A DNA stretch of 64,000 bases from positions 86,726-150,725 of the forward strand of contig JAFQXA010000016.1 of the NCBI GenBank assembly GCA_017407205.1. The letters run 5' to 3'. The notes beneath the pieces are model-generated. The model made no database searches. It had not been told where the DNA came from and worked only from the letters and a program-made list of their open reading frames with translations. The position numbers were made by a program, and so were the translations under genes. Below, piece by piece: positions 1-9,428 of the stretch; position 1 is the first letter of the stretch, and every line of letters begins with the position of its first letter. The stretch comes from Clostridia bacterium. GTDB taxonomy: Bacteria; Bacillota; Clostridia; Christensenellales; CAG-138.

Positions 1-2237
1 AGCTCAAGAGACAGCTCCCTGCCAAAGGGTTCGGGCGAGCTTTGAGTGTAAAGTGCCGATTCTGCCTGTTCAAGCCTTTCTTTGTATTCATCCGAATTAT
101 AAAAAAGCGAGTACAGATAAGCGGCAGTACCGTCGTATTTTGACGTGTCTGCAAAGTGACGCAAACGCTTTATGAGTGACGCAAAAGCACCCTCCTTGCT
201 TGGTGAATAACGGGTGCGAAGCTCGCTATCTTCAAGTGCGTTTATATCGGTATCCGTCTTGATTTCCGGGAATATCGAATAAAGCTTGTCGATTATAAGG
301 CAGGGCATGGGCTGTTCGCTTCCTGCCGTTATCGGGAATGAAAGATATAAAAGCTCCCTCGGCTTTGTGAGTATGCTGTAAACGTCGGTCATGGCTACAA
401 GTGTTTCATTGTAGCTTGAAAACCAGGGCGTTATATTAAACTCCGACAAGCGTGCAAGCTCGCGATCGTCAATTATCGAATCATCGGGGGTGGAGTGGGG
501 GAAGTTGCCCTCGGTTGCACCGAGTACGAAAACCGCCTTGAGGCTTCTTGCTCTCGTTCTTCCGACGCTTCCGAAAAGAATCTGATCGGCAGTTGCAGGT
601 ATGCTTGAAATCTCAAAGCTTGACAAGCCCTCTTCGAACATTGCCGTGAATTCGGCAGTCGAAACCTCCTCGTCCGCCATAATTTCGTGAAGCTGTGAAA
701 GCAGGCGGACAAGCATATCCAAAACCTGTGCGTTTTCGTTGGCGGCTTCTTTTCTGCCTGCGCTTAAAAGTGATTCTGTCAGCTTTTCCTGGTACTCAAA
801 TACACCGCTTTCTTCCATGTAGGAATAAAGCACCTCAACCTTTTGCGCAAAGGTTCGACTTTGTGCAAGTGAATTGCGAAGCGAAAGAAGTTTTTCAATC
901 AGCTTTGAACGCACCTGCTCCTCTTTTTCAAAGCCTTCGCGCTCAAAGGGCTTTGTGAACATCATGTTCCTTATGCCGAAACGAATTACATAGTTTTCAA
1001 AAAGCTCTGCATCGGTAAGGTCTATGTCGAGTATGTCCGACTTTAAAACCTCAAGCACATCGTTCTTTGAAAAACTGTTCATACAGGCGCGAAGCGAGTA
1101 AAGAATAAAGCGTGATGCACAATATGATGAAAGCGGATGCTTTATGTCAGTAAAACAGGGGATATTGCGTGAACGCAAAGCCCTCTGAACGGGAAGGGAA
1201 TATGAATTCATATCCGTTGCAATGATTGCCATGTCCCTGAACCGCATACCGCTTTTTGCAGCGCTTAAAACGGCATCAGCCGCAGCTTCGGCTTCTGTTG
1301 TGCGGTTTGTTGCCGTAAATATGTTTATGCCGTTGACTTCGCCGTCAAAAACTTGGGACGGATAGGCGAATATTTCCCGCTCAAGGTGCGCAAGAGCTTC
1401 TGTTGAAACTCGCTGATTATTTGAACGAAGCGTGATTGTTTTAATGTGTGAACCACGCATTTTTACTTCGTCGGTTATGCGTTTTAAGGCAAGGTCCTCT
1501 GCAAAGAATATATGCCTGTCCCTGCATGAGGGGGAAAGGTCTGTGCGGACGGATATTGTGAGACTGTCACAAACTTCCGCCATTTTGCCGATCATGCCGT
1601 ATAACTGCTCCGTCATGAGGTCAAACCCGTCAATGAATACATCTGCACCTGCAAGCGGTGATGCAGGCATTGCCTCAATTACGGCATCGTAAATATCACG
1701 GCTGCTTATGCCACGGCTTTTTAATGTGTCATCGCAGAATGTATATAAAAGCGAAAGGTCGTGAAGCTTTTGGGAGAGGAGCACATCATCGCTTAAGGAC
1801 TCAGATGCAAGCGTGAGCGCTTGGGGCGAGATTAAGAAACGGCTGCAAAGCTCGAATATCTCATCGCATTTTTCGGCAAATCCGCTCTTTGATGAAACCG
1901 AAGCAAACGCGGTGAGCTTTGAGGCGTTCTTGTGTATCGCTCGTCTTATGAGCATCCTTCTGCCCTGTGGGGATAGGAATACTTTTTTAATTCCTGCCTG
2001 CTCGGTGATGTATTCAGAAAGCGTTGTAAAAGAATAAACGCCAAGCCCCAAAAGACCTGCTCCAAAATCACCCGACAGCTCTTTTTCGGTCTCAAAAGTG
2101 AATTGTTCGGGCACGATAAGAAACACACGTTTTTTATCCTGTGCTTTGTTTTCCACTGTGTTTTTTATCATACCGCGAAGCAGACTGCTCTTTCCTGAGC
2201 CGGCTCTGCCCGTGATGAATGTTACGGTTGCAGGCAT
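1..2237 (-). CDS. addB: ATP-dependent helicase/nuclease subunit B (AddB/RexB family), 3'-truncated by the window edge
   Basis: Absent from the ORF track (no stop inside the window). ATG at 2237 directly after the thpR stop. Manual translation MPATVTFITGRAGSGKS...RVFLIVPEQFTFETEKEL... matches the AddB N-terminal Walker A-like and IVPEQ motifs. Confidence 0.85.
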   Translation of the reverse strand, partial: MPATVTFITGRAGSGKSSLLRGMIKNTVENKAQDKKRVFLIVPEQFTFETEKELSGDFGAGLLGLGVYSFTTLSEYITEQAGIKKVFLSPQGRRMLIRRAIHKNASKLTAFASVSSKSGFAEKCDEIFELCSRFLISPQALTLASESLSDDVLLSQKLHDLSLLYTFCDDTLKSRGISSRDIYDAVIEAMPASPLAGADVFIDGFDLMTEQLYGMIGKMAEVCDSLTISVRTDLSPSCRDRHIFFAEDLALKRITDEVKMRGSHIKTITLRSNNQRVSTEALAHLEREIFAYPSQVFDGEVNGINIFTATNRTTEAEAAADAVLSAAKSGMRFRDMAIIATDMNSYSLPVQRALRSRNIPCFTDIKHPLSSYCASRFILYSLRACMNSFSKNDVLEVLKSDILDIDLTDAELFENYVIRFGIRNMMFTKPFEREGFEKEEQVRSKLIEKLLSLRNSLAQSRTFAQKVEVLYSYMEESGVFEYQEKLTESLLSAGRKEAANENAQVLDMLVRLLSQLHEIMADEEVSTAEFTAMFEEGLSSFEISSIPATADQILFGSVGRTRARSLKAVFVLGATEGNFPHSTPDDSIIDDRELARLSEFNITPWFSSYNETLVAMTDVYSILTKPRELLYLSFPITAGSEQPMPCLIIDKLYSIFPEIKTDTDINALEDSELRTRYSPSKEGAFASLIKRLRHFADTSKYDGTAAYLYSLFYNSDEYKERLEQAESALYTQSSPEPFGRELSLE

Positions 2238-2774
2238 TTAAAATTTCTCCGTGTGCAGGGGTGTGTATACCATTTTTCCGCCTATGCGTTCGCTCTGGAA
2301 AAGCGTTATTGAGCTTACAAGCATTGAAGCGTTGGGCGAAATTGTTTTTTCAAGCTCGCCTTTTACAAGCTCGTCGTATGTTACGTTTCGGCCGAGTGTT
2401 ATGTGGGGAGTAAAACGCTTGACTTCACGGGGAAAGCCGTACTGTGCAAGTGCGGACTCCAAGGCTTCGTGAAGTACATTGAGCTCGTTTGTGTCTCCCT
2501 TGACGTCTATGTAAGCGGTGTGTGAACCGTTTTTCTCAAAACTTGAATATTTGCCAAGATGCAGATTGAAATTGCGTATACCGCGTACCGCTTCACGCAT
2601 TGCAAGTGCAGCGGAAACAATATCATCCGTATCGCCTAAAAAGTGTAGTGTTATGTGAAAGCTGTCATTGGGCACGAATCTTCCGCCCGTGCTCATTTGC
2701 TTCACTTCAGAAAGTATTGAAGCAAGCTGGGATTTCATGCTTCTGGGGAGCTCTATTGCGATAAAAGTGCGCAT
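2238..2774 (-). CDS. thpR: RNA 2',3'-cyclic phosphodiesterase (2H phosphoesterase)
   Basis: MRTFIAIEL start and two HxT motifs (FHITLHFLG, PHITLGR). Confidence 0.92.
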   Translation of the reverse strand: MRTFIAIELPRSMKSQLASILSEVKQMSTGGRFVPNDSFHITLHFLGDTDDIVSAALAMREAVRGIRNFNLHLGKYSSFEKNGSHTAYIDVKGDTNELNVLHEALESALAQYGFPREVKRFTPHITLGRNVTYDELVKGELEKTISPNASMLVSSITLFQSERIGGKMVYTPLHTEKF

Positions 2775-2863
2775 AATACCTCCGATTAAAAATTTTGGGC
2801 AGCCGCAAAGCTGTAGTTAAAGCAAAACGGTTGCCCAAATTATCGCATCAATATTTAAGGTGA

Positions 2864-3142
2864 TTACTCACCGTCTTCTGACTGCCTCTTTAAGAACTCA
2901 CGGTAAACAGCCTCCAAAAGATCGGGATCTTCAATACCGCGAAGCTCTTCATCTTCGGCAAACTCATCATCATCACCCGATGAGGGGACAAGAAGAAGTA
3001 TTACCGCTTCAGCTTCAGCATCATCAGCAGGTAAGAGTACAGCATACTCTGCACCCTTGTAGGGCACAACGTCAACAAGCTCAAAATCAAGCTCGTCACC
3101 GTCGTTTGCCATAAGTGTTACATAAGTGCGTTCGTCAGTCAT
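2864..3142 (-). CDS. DUF1292-like small acidic protein
   Basis: 92 aa, very acidic, pattern VTL.....DELDFELVD......EYAVLLP typical of Firmicute DUF1292 proteins. Confidence 0.75.
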   Translation of the reverse strand: MTDERTYVTLMANDGDELDFELVDVVPYKGAEYAVLLPADDAEAEAVILLLVPSSGDDDEFAEDEELRGIEDPDLLEAVYREFLKRQSEDGE

Positions 3143-3148
3143 CTTAAA

Positions 3149-4084
3149 TTAAGCCTTGCCGTTGCAGCCGAGAACGTTAACGATCTTGTGTGATACCATG
3201 CCCTTGATAGCTTCACGAGCGGGCTTGAGGTACTGTCTGGGGTCGAAGTGTGAGGGGTTCTCAGCAAAGTATTTACGAACTGTACCTGTCATTGCAAGAC
3301 GAAGGTCTGAGTCGATATTGATCTTGCAAACTGCCTTCTTTGCAGCTTCGCGGAGCATTTCTTCGGGGATACCGATTGCATCGGGCATATTGCCGCCGTT
3401 TTCGTTGATCATCTTAACGAATTCAGGCATAACTGAGCTTGCACCGTGGAGAACGATGGGGAAGCCGGGCAAACGCTTTGAAACTTCGTCAAGAATGTCA
3501 AATCTGAGCTGGGGCTTCATGCCGGGCTTGAACTTGTAAGCGCCGTGGCTTGTGCCGATAGCGATAGCGAGTGAGTCAACGCCTGTGCGTGTTACGAAAT
3601 CGAGAACCTGATCAGGATCTGTGTATGAGCCTTCGCCCTCTGCTACCTTAACGTCATCTTCAACGCCTTCGAGTTTGCCGAGTTCGCCTTCTACTACTAC
3701 GCCATGGTCATGAGCGTATTCAACAACCTTCTTTGTAAGAGCTACGTTGTCTTCATAGTCATGATGGCTGCCGTCGATCATAACTGATGTGAAACCGCCG
3801 TCGATACAGCTCTTGCAGAGCTCAAATGTATCACCGTGGTCGAGGTGGAGGCAGATGGGAAGATCTGTTTCGATGATAGCAGCTTCAACGAGCTTTACGA
3901 GGTAAGTATGATTTGCATACTTTCTTGCGCCGGAGCTGACCTGGAGAATCAAGGGAGCCTGCTGTTCTTTTGCAGCTTCTGTGATACCCTGGATGATTTC
4001 CATGTTGTTTACGTTGAAAGCGCCGATTGCATAACCGCCTTCGTATGCCTTCTTGAACATTTCAGTTGTTGTTACAAGTGCCAT
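3149..4084 (-). CDS. fba: Class II fructose-1,6-bisphosphate aldolase
   Basis: GAFNVNN, LHLDHG, GTSHGAYKF, VLHGASS and KINIDSD motifs. Confidence 0.96.
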   Translation of the reverse strand: MALVTTTEMFKKAYEGGYAIGAFNVNNMEIIQGITEAAKEQQAPLILQVSSGARKYANHTYLVKLVEAAIIETDLPICLHLDHGDTFELCKSCIDGGFTSVMIDGSHHDYEDNVALTKKVVEYAHDHGVVVEGELGKLEGVEDDVKVAEGEGSYTDPDQVLDFVTRTGVDSLAIAIGTSHGAYKFKPGMKPQLRFDILDEVSKRLPGFPIVLHGASSVMPEFVKMINENGGNMPDAIGIPEEMLREAAKKAVCKINIDSDLRLAMTGTVRKYFAENPSHFDPRQYLKPAREAIKGMVSHKIVNVLGCNGKA

Positions 4085-4250
4085 TTTTTTATCTCCTTTT
4101 AAATTAAAAATTATAAGTAATACACTTTTACCTAATATACATTATACAATATTTGCAAAGGATTTCAATAAACAATTGTGAATATCAGGATAAAGCGTTA
4201 TAATAGAAGAAAATAGCAGCTTGCTAAGAACTCAAAAGGAGAGTGTCATT

Positions 4251-5189
4251 ATGGAAAAAACGAAAATGCTGTCCCTTATAATGCCGGCATACAATGAGGA
4301 AGAAGTTGTAGAATATTCTTTTGAATGTATGGACAAGGCAATGAAGGACATTGGCTATCCTTATGAAATAATTTATGTAAACGACGGAAGTCGTGACAGC
4401 ACAATGAAAAAGCTCCGCCAGATAGCAAAGGCCAATCCGCAGGTAAAGGTTTTGTCATTTGCCCGTAACTTCGGTCACCAGCTCGCAGTTACCTGCGGTA
4501 TGGATGCTGCAAAGGGCGATGCTTTGATAATTATTGATATCGACTTGCAGGATCCGCCCGAAGTAATAAAGGACCTTGTAAAGGCTTGGGAAAACGGTGC
4601 AGACATTGCGTATGGCAAACGCTTGAAGCGTGAGGGCGAAACAATCTTCAAAAAGTTCACGGCATTTTGCTATTACCGCTTGTTGTCAGCTATGAGTGCA
4701 AACGCCATTCCCCTCGATACGGGCGATTTCAGACTTATTGACCGTAAGGTTGCAGACGTATTTTTGAAGATGCGTGAGCATAATCGCTTCTTGAGAGGCA
4801 TGAGTGCATGGATGGGCTTTGAGGCAGTTCCCGTTGAGTATGTCCGCCATGAGAGATATGCAGGCAAAACAAAGTACACACTCAAGAAAATGCTCCGTTT
4901 GGCGTTTGACGGTATCATCGGCTTTTCGGACAGACCGCTTACACTGGCAACGGGCGTTGGCGGCTTTGTAACAGCCCTGTCACTTGCAGGCTTTGTAGCA
5001 AGCCTGATATGCTCACTTACTGTTGGACTTGCTCCCTGGATTTGGGGCTTGTGCGGTCTGGGGCTTTTGAACGGTTTGACACTTTTGGCACTCGGCATAC
5101 AGGGCGCATACATGAACAGAATGTATGATGAACTCAAGGGCAGACCGCTTTATATAGTCGGTGAAACAATAAATCTGGATAAAGAATAA
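4251..5189 (+). CDS. GT2 glycosyltransferase, GtrB/YkoT-like polyprenol-phosphate glycosyltransferase
   Basis: PAYNEE, VNDGSRD, RNFGHQ, DxDLQDPP and GDFRLID motifs plus two C-terminal TM helices. Start moved to ATG 4251 behind an AAGGAG RBS. Confidence 0.88.
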   Translation: MEKTKMLSLIMPAYNEEEVVEYSFECMDKAMKDIGYPYEIIYVNDGSRDSTMKKLRQIAKANPQVKVLSFARNFGHQLAVTCGMDAAKGDALIIIDIDLQDPPEVIKDLVKAWENGADIAYGKRLKREGETIFKKFTAFCYYRLLSAMSANAIPLDTGDFRLIDRKVADVFLKMREHNRFLRGMSAWMGFEAVPVEYVRHERYAGKTKYTLKKMLRLAFDGIIGFSDRPLTLATGVGGFVTALSLAGFVASLICSLTVGLAPWIWGLCGLGLLNGLTLLALGIQGAYMNRMYDELKGRPLYIVGETINLDKE

Positions 5190-5265
5190 AAAGATTGACA
5201 AAAAAATAGCGAATTACAAAATTTAGCTTGCATAATTTAAAAAACTGTACTAATATTATATTTAG

Positions 5266-6333
<1,068 letters not shown>

Positions 6334-6351
6334 TCAAAACTAAACTAAATC

Positions 6352-6385
6352 AAAAGCGTATTCCGATTTCGGAATACGCTTTTTA
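6352..6385 (+). terminator. Rho-independent terminator after gap
   Basis: AAAAGCGTATTCCG-ATTT-CGGAATACGCTTTTT inverted repeat followed by a T-run. Confidence 0.85.
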
Positions 6386-6461
6386 AGTTATAACTTATAA
6401 TGAATATTGAATAAGTGAAGTTAAAACTCTGCTCATCAAGCAGAGTTTTTTCGCACCTTTA

Positions 6462-6515
6462 GCCTCACCTGTGTAAGGGGAGGTGGGTTTTGCTGATGCA
6501 AACTTAAAGGAATTG
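6462..6515. repeat. Degenerate REP-like palindromic element
   Basis: CCTCACCT-GTGTA-AGGGGAGG hairpin followed by TTTGC-TGAT-GCAAA. Resembles, from memory, a dispersed intergenic repeat of gut Clostridia. Confidence 0.45.
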
Positions 6516-6597
6516 TAAAGTTGTTCGTACAATAAAAGGTACATTTTATAGTCAAGCAACGCACCAATCACAAAACCGCACCGCAAAAAAACACACC

Positions 6598-6688
6598 CAC
6601 AAAAATTGCAACGAAAAAATGCGGCGAGATAACACTTTTTGCAACGAAAAATGTGCTCAAGCTACACTTTTAACAACGAATAATGTAG
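6598..6688 (+). repeat. Three imperfect direct repeats with a period of about 32-33 bp (core CAACGAA.AAATG)
   Basis: CAACGA at 6609, 6642 and 6674; the second and third copies are both preceded by ACACTTTT. Confidence 0.7.
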
Positions 6689-6710
6689 AATGATATTAGA
6701 TATGTAAATG

Positions 6711-6737
6711 AAAAGCTCTGCAAGTGCAGAGCTTTTT
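6711..6737. terminator. Bidirectional terminator-like hairpin
   Basis: AAAAGCTCTGCA-AG-TGCAGAGCTTTT with A/T tails on both sides. Confidence 0.7.
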
Positions 6738-6872
6738 GCATCGTGGTCCAACTTTATACTTCAAGCCTATCAGAGGTTGTTACATCTTGCCTTACTATTC
6801 AAAATATAAAATAAATAATGATGACTGGCTTAACTAATTTTACATTATTGATTATAGAATAAAAATATACAT

Positions 6873-6977
6873 TTAGAAATCTAAGGCAATATATCTAATG
6901 ATGCCAATTACTAAACTAACTGATATAAGAATAGAAATTATTGTTCCCCAAGGGGTGTTTTCGCCATTGTTGCTCAT
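6873..6977 (-). CDS. Putative 34-aa single-pass membrane peptide (below the ORF-track cutoff)
   Basis: MSNNGENTPWGTIISILISVSLVIGIIRYIALDF*. Strong AGGAGGAG RBS, 24 nt downstream of the co-oriented upstream gene. Confidence 0.55.
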   Translation of the reverse strand: MSNNGENTPWGTIISILISVSLVIGIIRYIALDF

Positions 6978-7001
6978 GATTTGCTCCTCCTTCTGTATTT
7001 T

Positions 7002-8066
7002 TTAAGTTTTGTCTTTATAAGGTGTAGATGCTATGCCTTGTGCCTGAAGATTATAGACCATGCGGTCAAGTTTGATTTTCCACATGTTTTTAAACCATTC
7101 AGTATGTCCAAACCACTTTACGAGTGTGGGGCTTACAGCATAATATGTTTTGATAAAAGCTCTGCCGTACCAAGTTTGAGCGAGAGTATAGTCACGATAA
7201 CGACGAAGTGTCCAGACTTCTGGGCAATCGTAGGAGCCATAAACTGCGGTAGCCACATAGCAACGGCCGGAGGAGGAATCAGGAATATCATAAGGAATAT
7301 GGTGGGAGGGGTCAATATCAAAGATTTTTTCGTGTATATTCATGATAATATTTCCAATAGGCTTAGTATCTGCAAGATTACCATTTTCAAGCACAAAATT
7401 TGCGTGCTTTAACATAAGGTTGTAATAAAAAAGACGTTTTTCCTTTTGCTCATTTGGAATTTTGGATGCAATATTATTTAAAGTATTATCTACAAATTCA
7501 CCACTTAAACTATTGAACAGAGCTACTGTTTCATTTTTATCTGTCCAAGTTACAATTCCATAACCGTTTTTACGTTGATTATACACATAACTACTACAAG
7601 CCATTTTAAGTATGTCATTGCTGATTTCTTCGATAATTTTACGATTTTCCTCTTCTTTTTCGATGTCGAAGTTATCATCGATTATTGAAATACAGTTTTC
7701 AAGAACCTTGAAAGCAGCTTTTCTTTTATACAAATCACCATCAACCAGAGAAGTTTTCGCTTTGCCGTAAGAGCTGTAGAAAATAGCTTCGATATTTGAT
7801 GGGGCATTTTGCTCCACCATATTGTAGTATTTTTCGGCTTCCTCCCAGTCTTCTTTTTGTTTAGCCCTACGAGCATTTTCCAAATATTTTTGAACAAAAG
7901 CAGAATTATCAACTTTAACAGTACCTTGAATATCTACAGTACCCTCGATCATCATTTTCTTGATTTCTTCTGCAGAATATTTCATTCCGCAATGCTGACA
8001 TATAAATACTCCATCGTGTTTAATTAGGTCAGCACTTCCACACATTTCACAAGCCAATTTTTTCAT
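7002..8066 (-). CDS. Zn-ribbon / TPR-like / CFI-box-CTERM domain protein
   Basis: N-terminal CEMC...CQHC zinc ribbon, helical TPR-like middle, C-terminal CYVATAVYGSYDCPEVWTLRRYRD...GRAFIKTYYAVSP (CFI-box-CTERM signature). AGGAGG RBS. Confidence 0.8.
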   Translation of the reverse strand: MKKLACEMCGSADLIKHDGVFICQHCGMKYSAEEIKKMMIEGTVDIQGTVKVDNSAFVQKYLENARRAKQKEDWEEAEKYYNMVEQNAPSNIEAIFYSSYGKAKTSLVDGDLYKRKAAFKVLENCISIIDDNFDIEKEEENRKIIEEISNDILKMACSSYVYNQRKNGYGIVTWTDKNETVALFNSLSGEFVDNTLNNIASKIPNEQKEKRLFYYNLMLKHANFVLENGNLADTKPIGNIIMNIHEKIFDIDPSHHIPYDIPDSSSGRCYVATAVYGSYDCPEVWTLRRYRDYTLAQTWYGRAFIKTYYAVSPTLVKWFGHTEWFKNMWKIKLDRMVYNLQAQGIASTPYKDKT

Positions 8067-8194
8067 GATTTAATCCTCCTAAATTATTTCTTCTTTCGTT
8101 TTGTGGGGCAAAATATGTATAACTGTAGTCAATAATTCGTTTTTAGTAGTGATTTTTCTAAATCTTAACCAAATAATAACACAAATGTATTCAA

Positions 8195-8214
8195 ATGACA
8201 ACATATGTGTTCAT
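8195..8214. promoter_or_regulatory. Imperfect palindrome, candidate XRE operator
   Basis: ATGACAACATATGTGTTCAT (core ACATATGT) about 46 nt upstream of the first XRE gene. Confidence 0.4.
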
Positions 8215-8260
8215 AAATCGACCCTTTTTTGTATACACTAAAAGCGTAAGGAGAGTGCTT

Positions 8261-8503
8261 ATGCTGGATTCGGTTTTGGTAGGTCGGGTTATTCAAAAAT
8301 TCAGAGAAGACAAGGGTTTATCGCAGGAAGTTGTAAGCGGTTTTGCGGATATTGGAAGAACGCATTTGAGTGCCATTGAACGCGGAGCGAGAAAACCTAC
8401 ACTTGAAACCTTTTACAGAATAGCCGAAGCAATGAACATAAAGCCGAGTGTGTTATTAAAAGCGATAGAGGAAGAAATAGGGAAAGCAAGCGACTTTTTA
8501 TGA
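8261..8503 (+). CDS. XRE-family helix-turn-helix regulator
   Basis: GLSQEVVSGFADIGRTHLSAIERGARKPTL HTH_3 pattern. AAGGAG RBS before ATG 8261. Confidence 0.88.
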   Translation: MLDSVLVGRVIQKFREDKGLSQEVVSGFADIGRTHLSAIERGARKPTLETFYRIAEAMNIKPSVLLKAIEEEIGKASDFL

Positions 8504-8724
8504 GAGAAATTTTGGCAAAAAGGCTTAAAGAGTGCAGAAAAGAGGCAAATCTCACGCAATGGGAGATTGCAGTTTATTGCGATATTACCGAGAAAACATA
8601 TCAGAATTATGAATTGATGACTCGCGAGCCCAAATTGGAGATACTGATAAAAATTGCAGAGAAATACGGAGTTTCGCTTGATTATTTAACAGGCAGAACG
8701 GATAACAGGAATATTGCTCAATGA
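8500..8724 (+). CDS. XRE-family helix-turn-helix regulator
   Basis: RLKECRKEANLTQ...TYQNYE...REP...VSLDYLTGR. ATGA overlap with the previous gene. Confidence 0.88.
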   Translation: MREILAKRLKECRKEANLTQWEIAVYCDITEKTYQNYELMTREPKLEILIKIAEKYGVSLDYLTGRTDNRNIAQ

Positions 8725-8854
8725 TGGGCGATATTTTTTTGCTTCAAAATTCGTCTGCTTAATTTAAAAAACTTGGACAAAATAAAAATGGCAATAAATT
8801 TCAAACATAAAAAATGTAGAATTACGCAAATTAAGAGCACAGGAGGTGAAAACA

Positions 8855-9049
8855 ATGTCACGAAACGGCAAACTCGTACCTGAGTCAAAGCAGGCAATGG
8901 AGTCATTCAAGACAGAAGTAGCAAGTTCTTTGGGTGTTAACTTGAAGCCCGGCTACAATGGCGACCTTACATCCCGTCAGGCAGGCAGCATAGGCGGCGA
9001 AATGGTAAAGCGCATGATCGCATATGCTGAAAACAATATGAATAAGTAA
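8855..9049 (+). CDS. Alpha/beta-type small acid-soluble spore protein
   Basis: FKTEVASSLGV...GDLTSRQAGSIGGEMVKRMI SASP signature. AGGAGGTG RBS before ATG 8855. Confidence 0.93.
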   Translation: MSRNGKLVPESKQAMESFKTEVASSLGVNLKPGYNGDLTSRQAGSIGGEMVKRMIAYAENNMNK

Positions 9050-9090
9050 GTGAATGAAAAAATACAGGAAAAAGGCAGGTGAAAATATAA

Positions 9091-9303
9091 ATGTCAAGTA
9101 CATCAAGAAGCACGAAGCAGAAGCTTCAGAACTTCAAGAGCGAAGTTGCAGGTTCATTGGGCGTAAATCTTAACCAGGGTTATAACGGTGATATCACAGC
9201 ACGTCAGGCAGGCAGCATCGGTGGCGAAATGGTAAAGCGCATGATCGCATACGCAGAAAGCAACATGAACAGCATGAACAACAACGGTAACATGATGCAG
9301 TAA
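9091..9303 (+). CDS. Alpha/beta-type small acid-soluble spore protein (tandem paralog)
   Basis: FKSEVAGSLGV...GDITARQAGSIGGEMVKRMI. Confidence 0.93.
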   Translation: MSSTSRSTKQKLQNFKSEVAGSLGVNLNQGYNGDITARQAGSIGGEMVKRMIAYAESNMNSMNNNGNMMQ

Positions 9304-9356
9304 AACACAGTTCTGTGTTCCGAAAAAGTCTTAAACGGACTTTTCAAGATATAAAG

Positions 9357-9385
9357 CAAGCACAGGGAGCAATTCCCTGTGCTTG
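9357..9385. terminator. Hairpin between convergent genes
   Basis: CAAGCACAGGGA-GCAAT-TCCCTGTGCTTG inverted repeat. Confidence 0.7.
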
Positions 9386-9428
9386 TACTTACTCAATATT
9401 CAATATTAGTTTTAACTTTGCCTTTGGC

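Noticed and set aside
473-2128. Several short ORFs at the window start
   Set aside because: They are shadows of the long minus-strand addB frame that the track missed because its stop lies outside the window.
8261-8724. Type II toxin-antitoxin pair or phage cI/cro switch
   Set aside because: Both products are HTH proteins with no toxin domain, and they are co-oriented rather than divergent.
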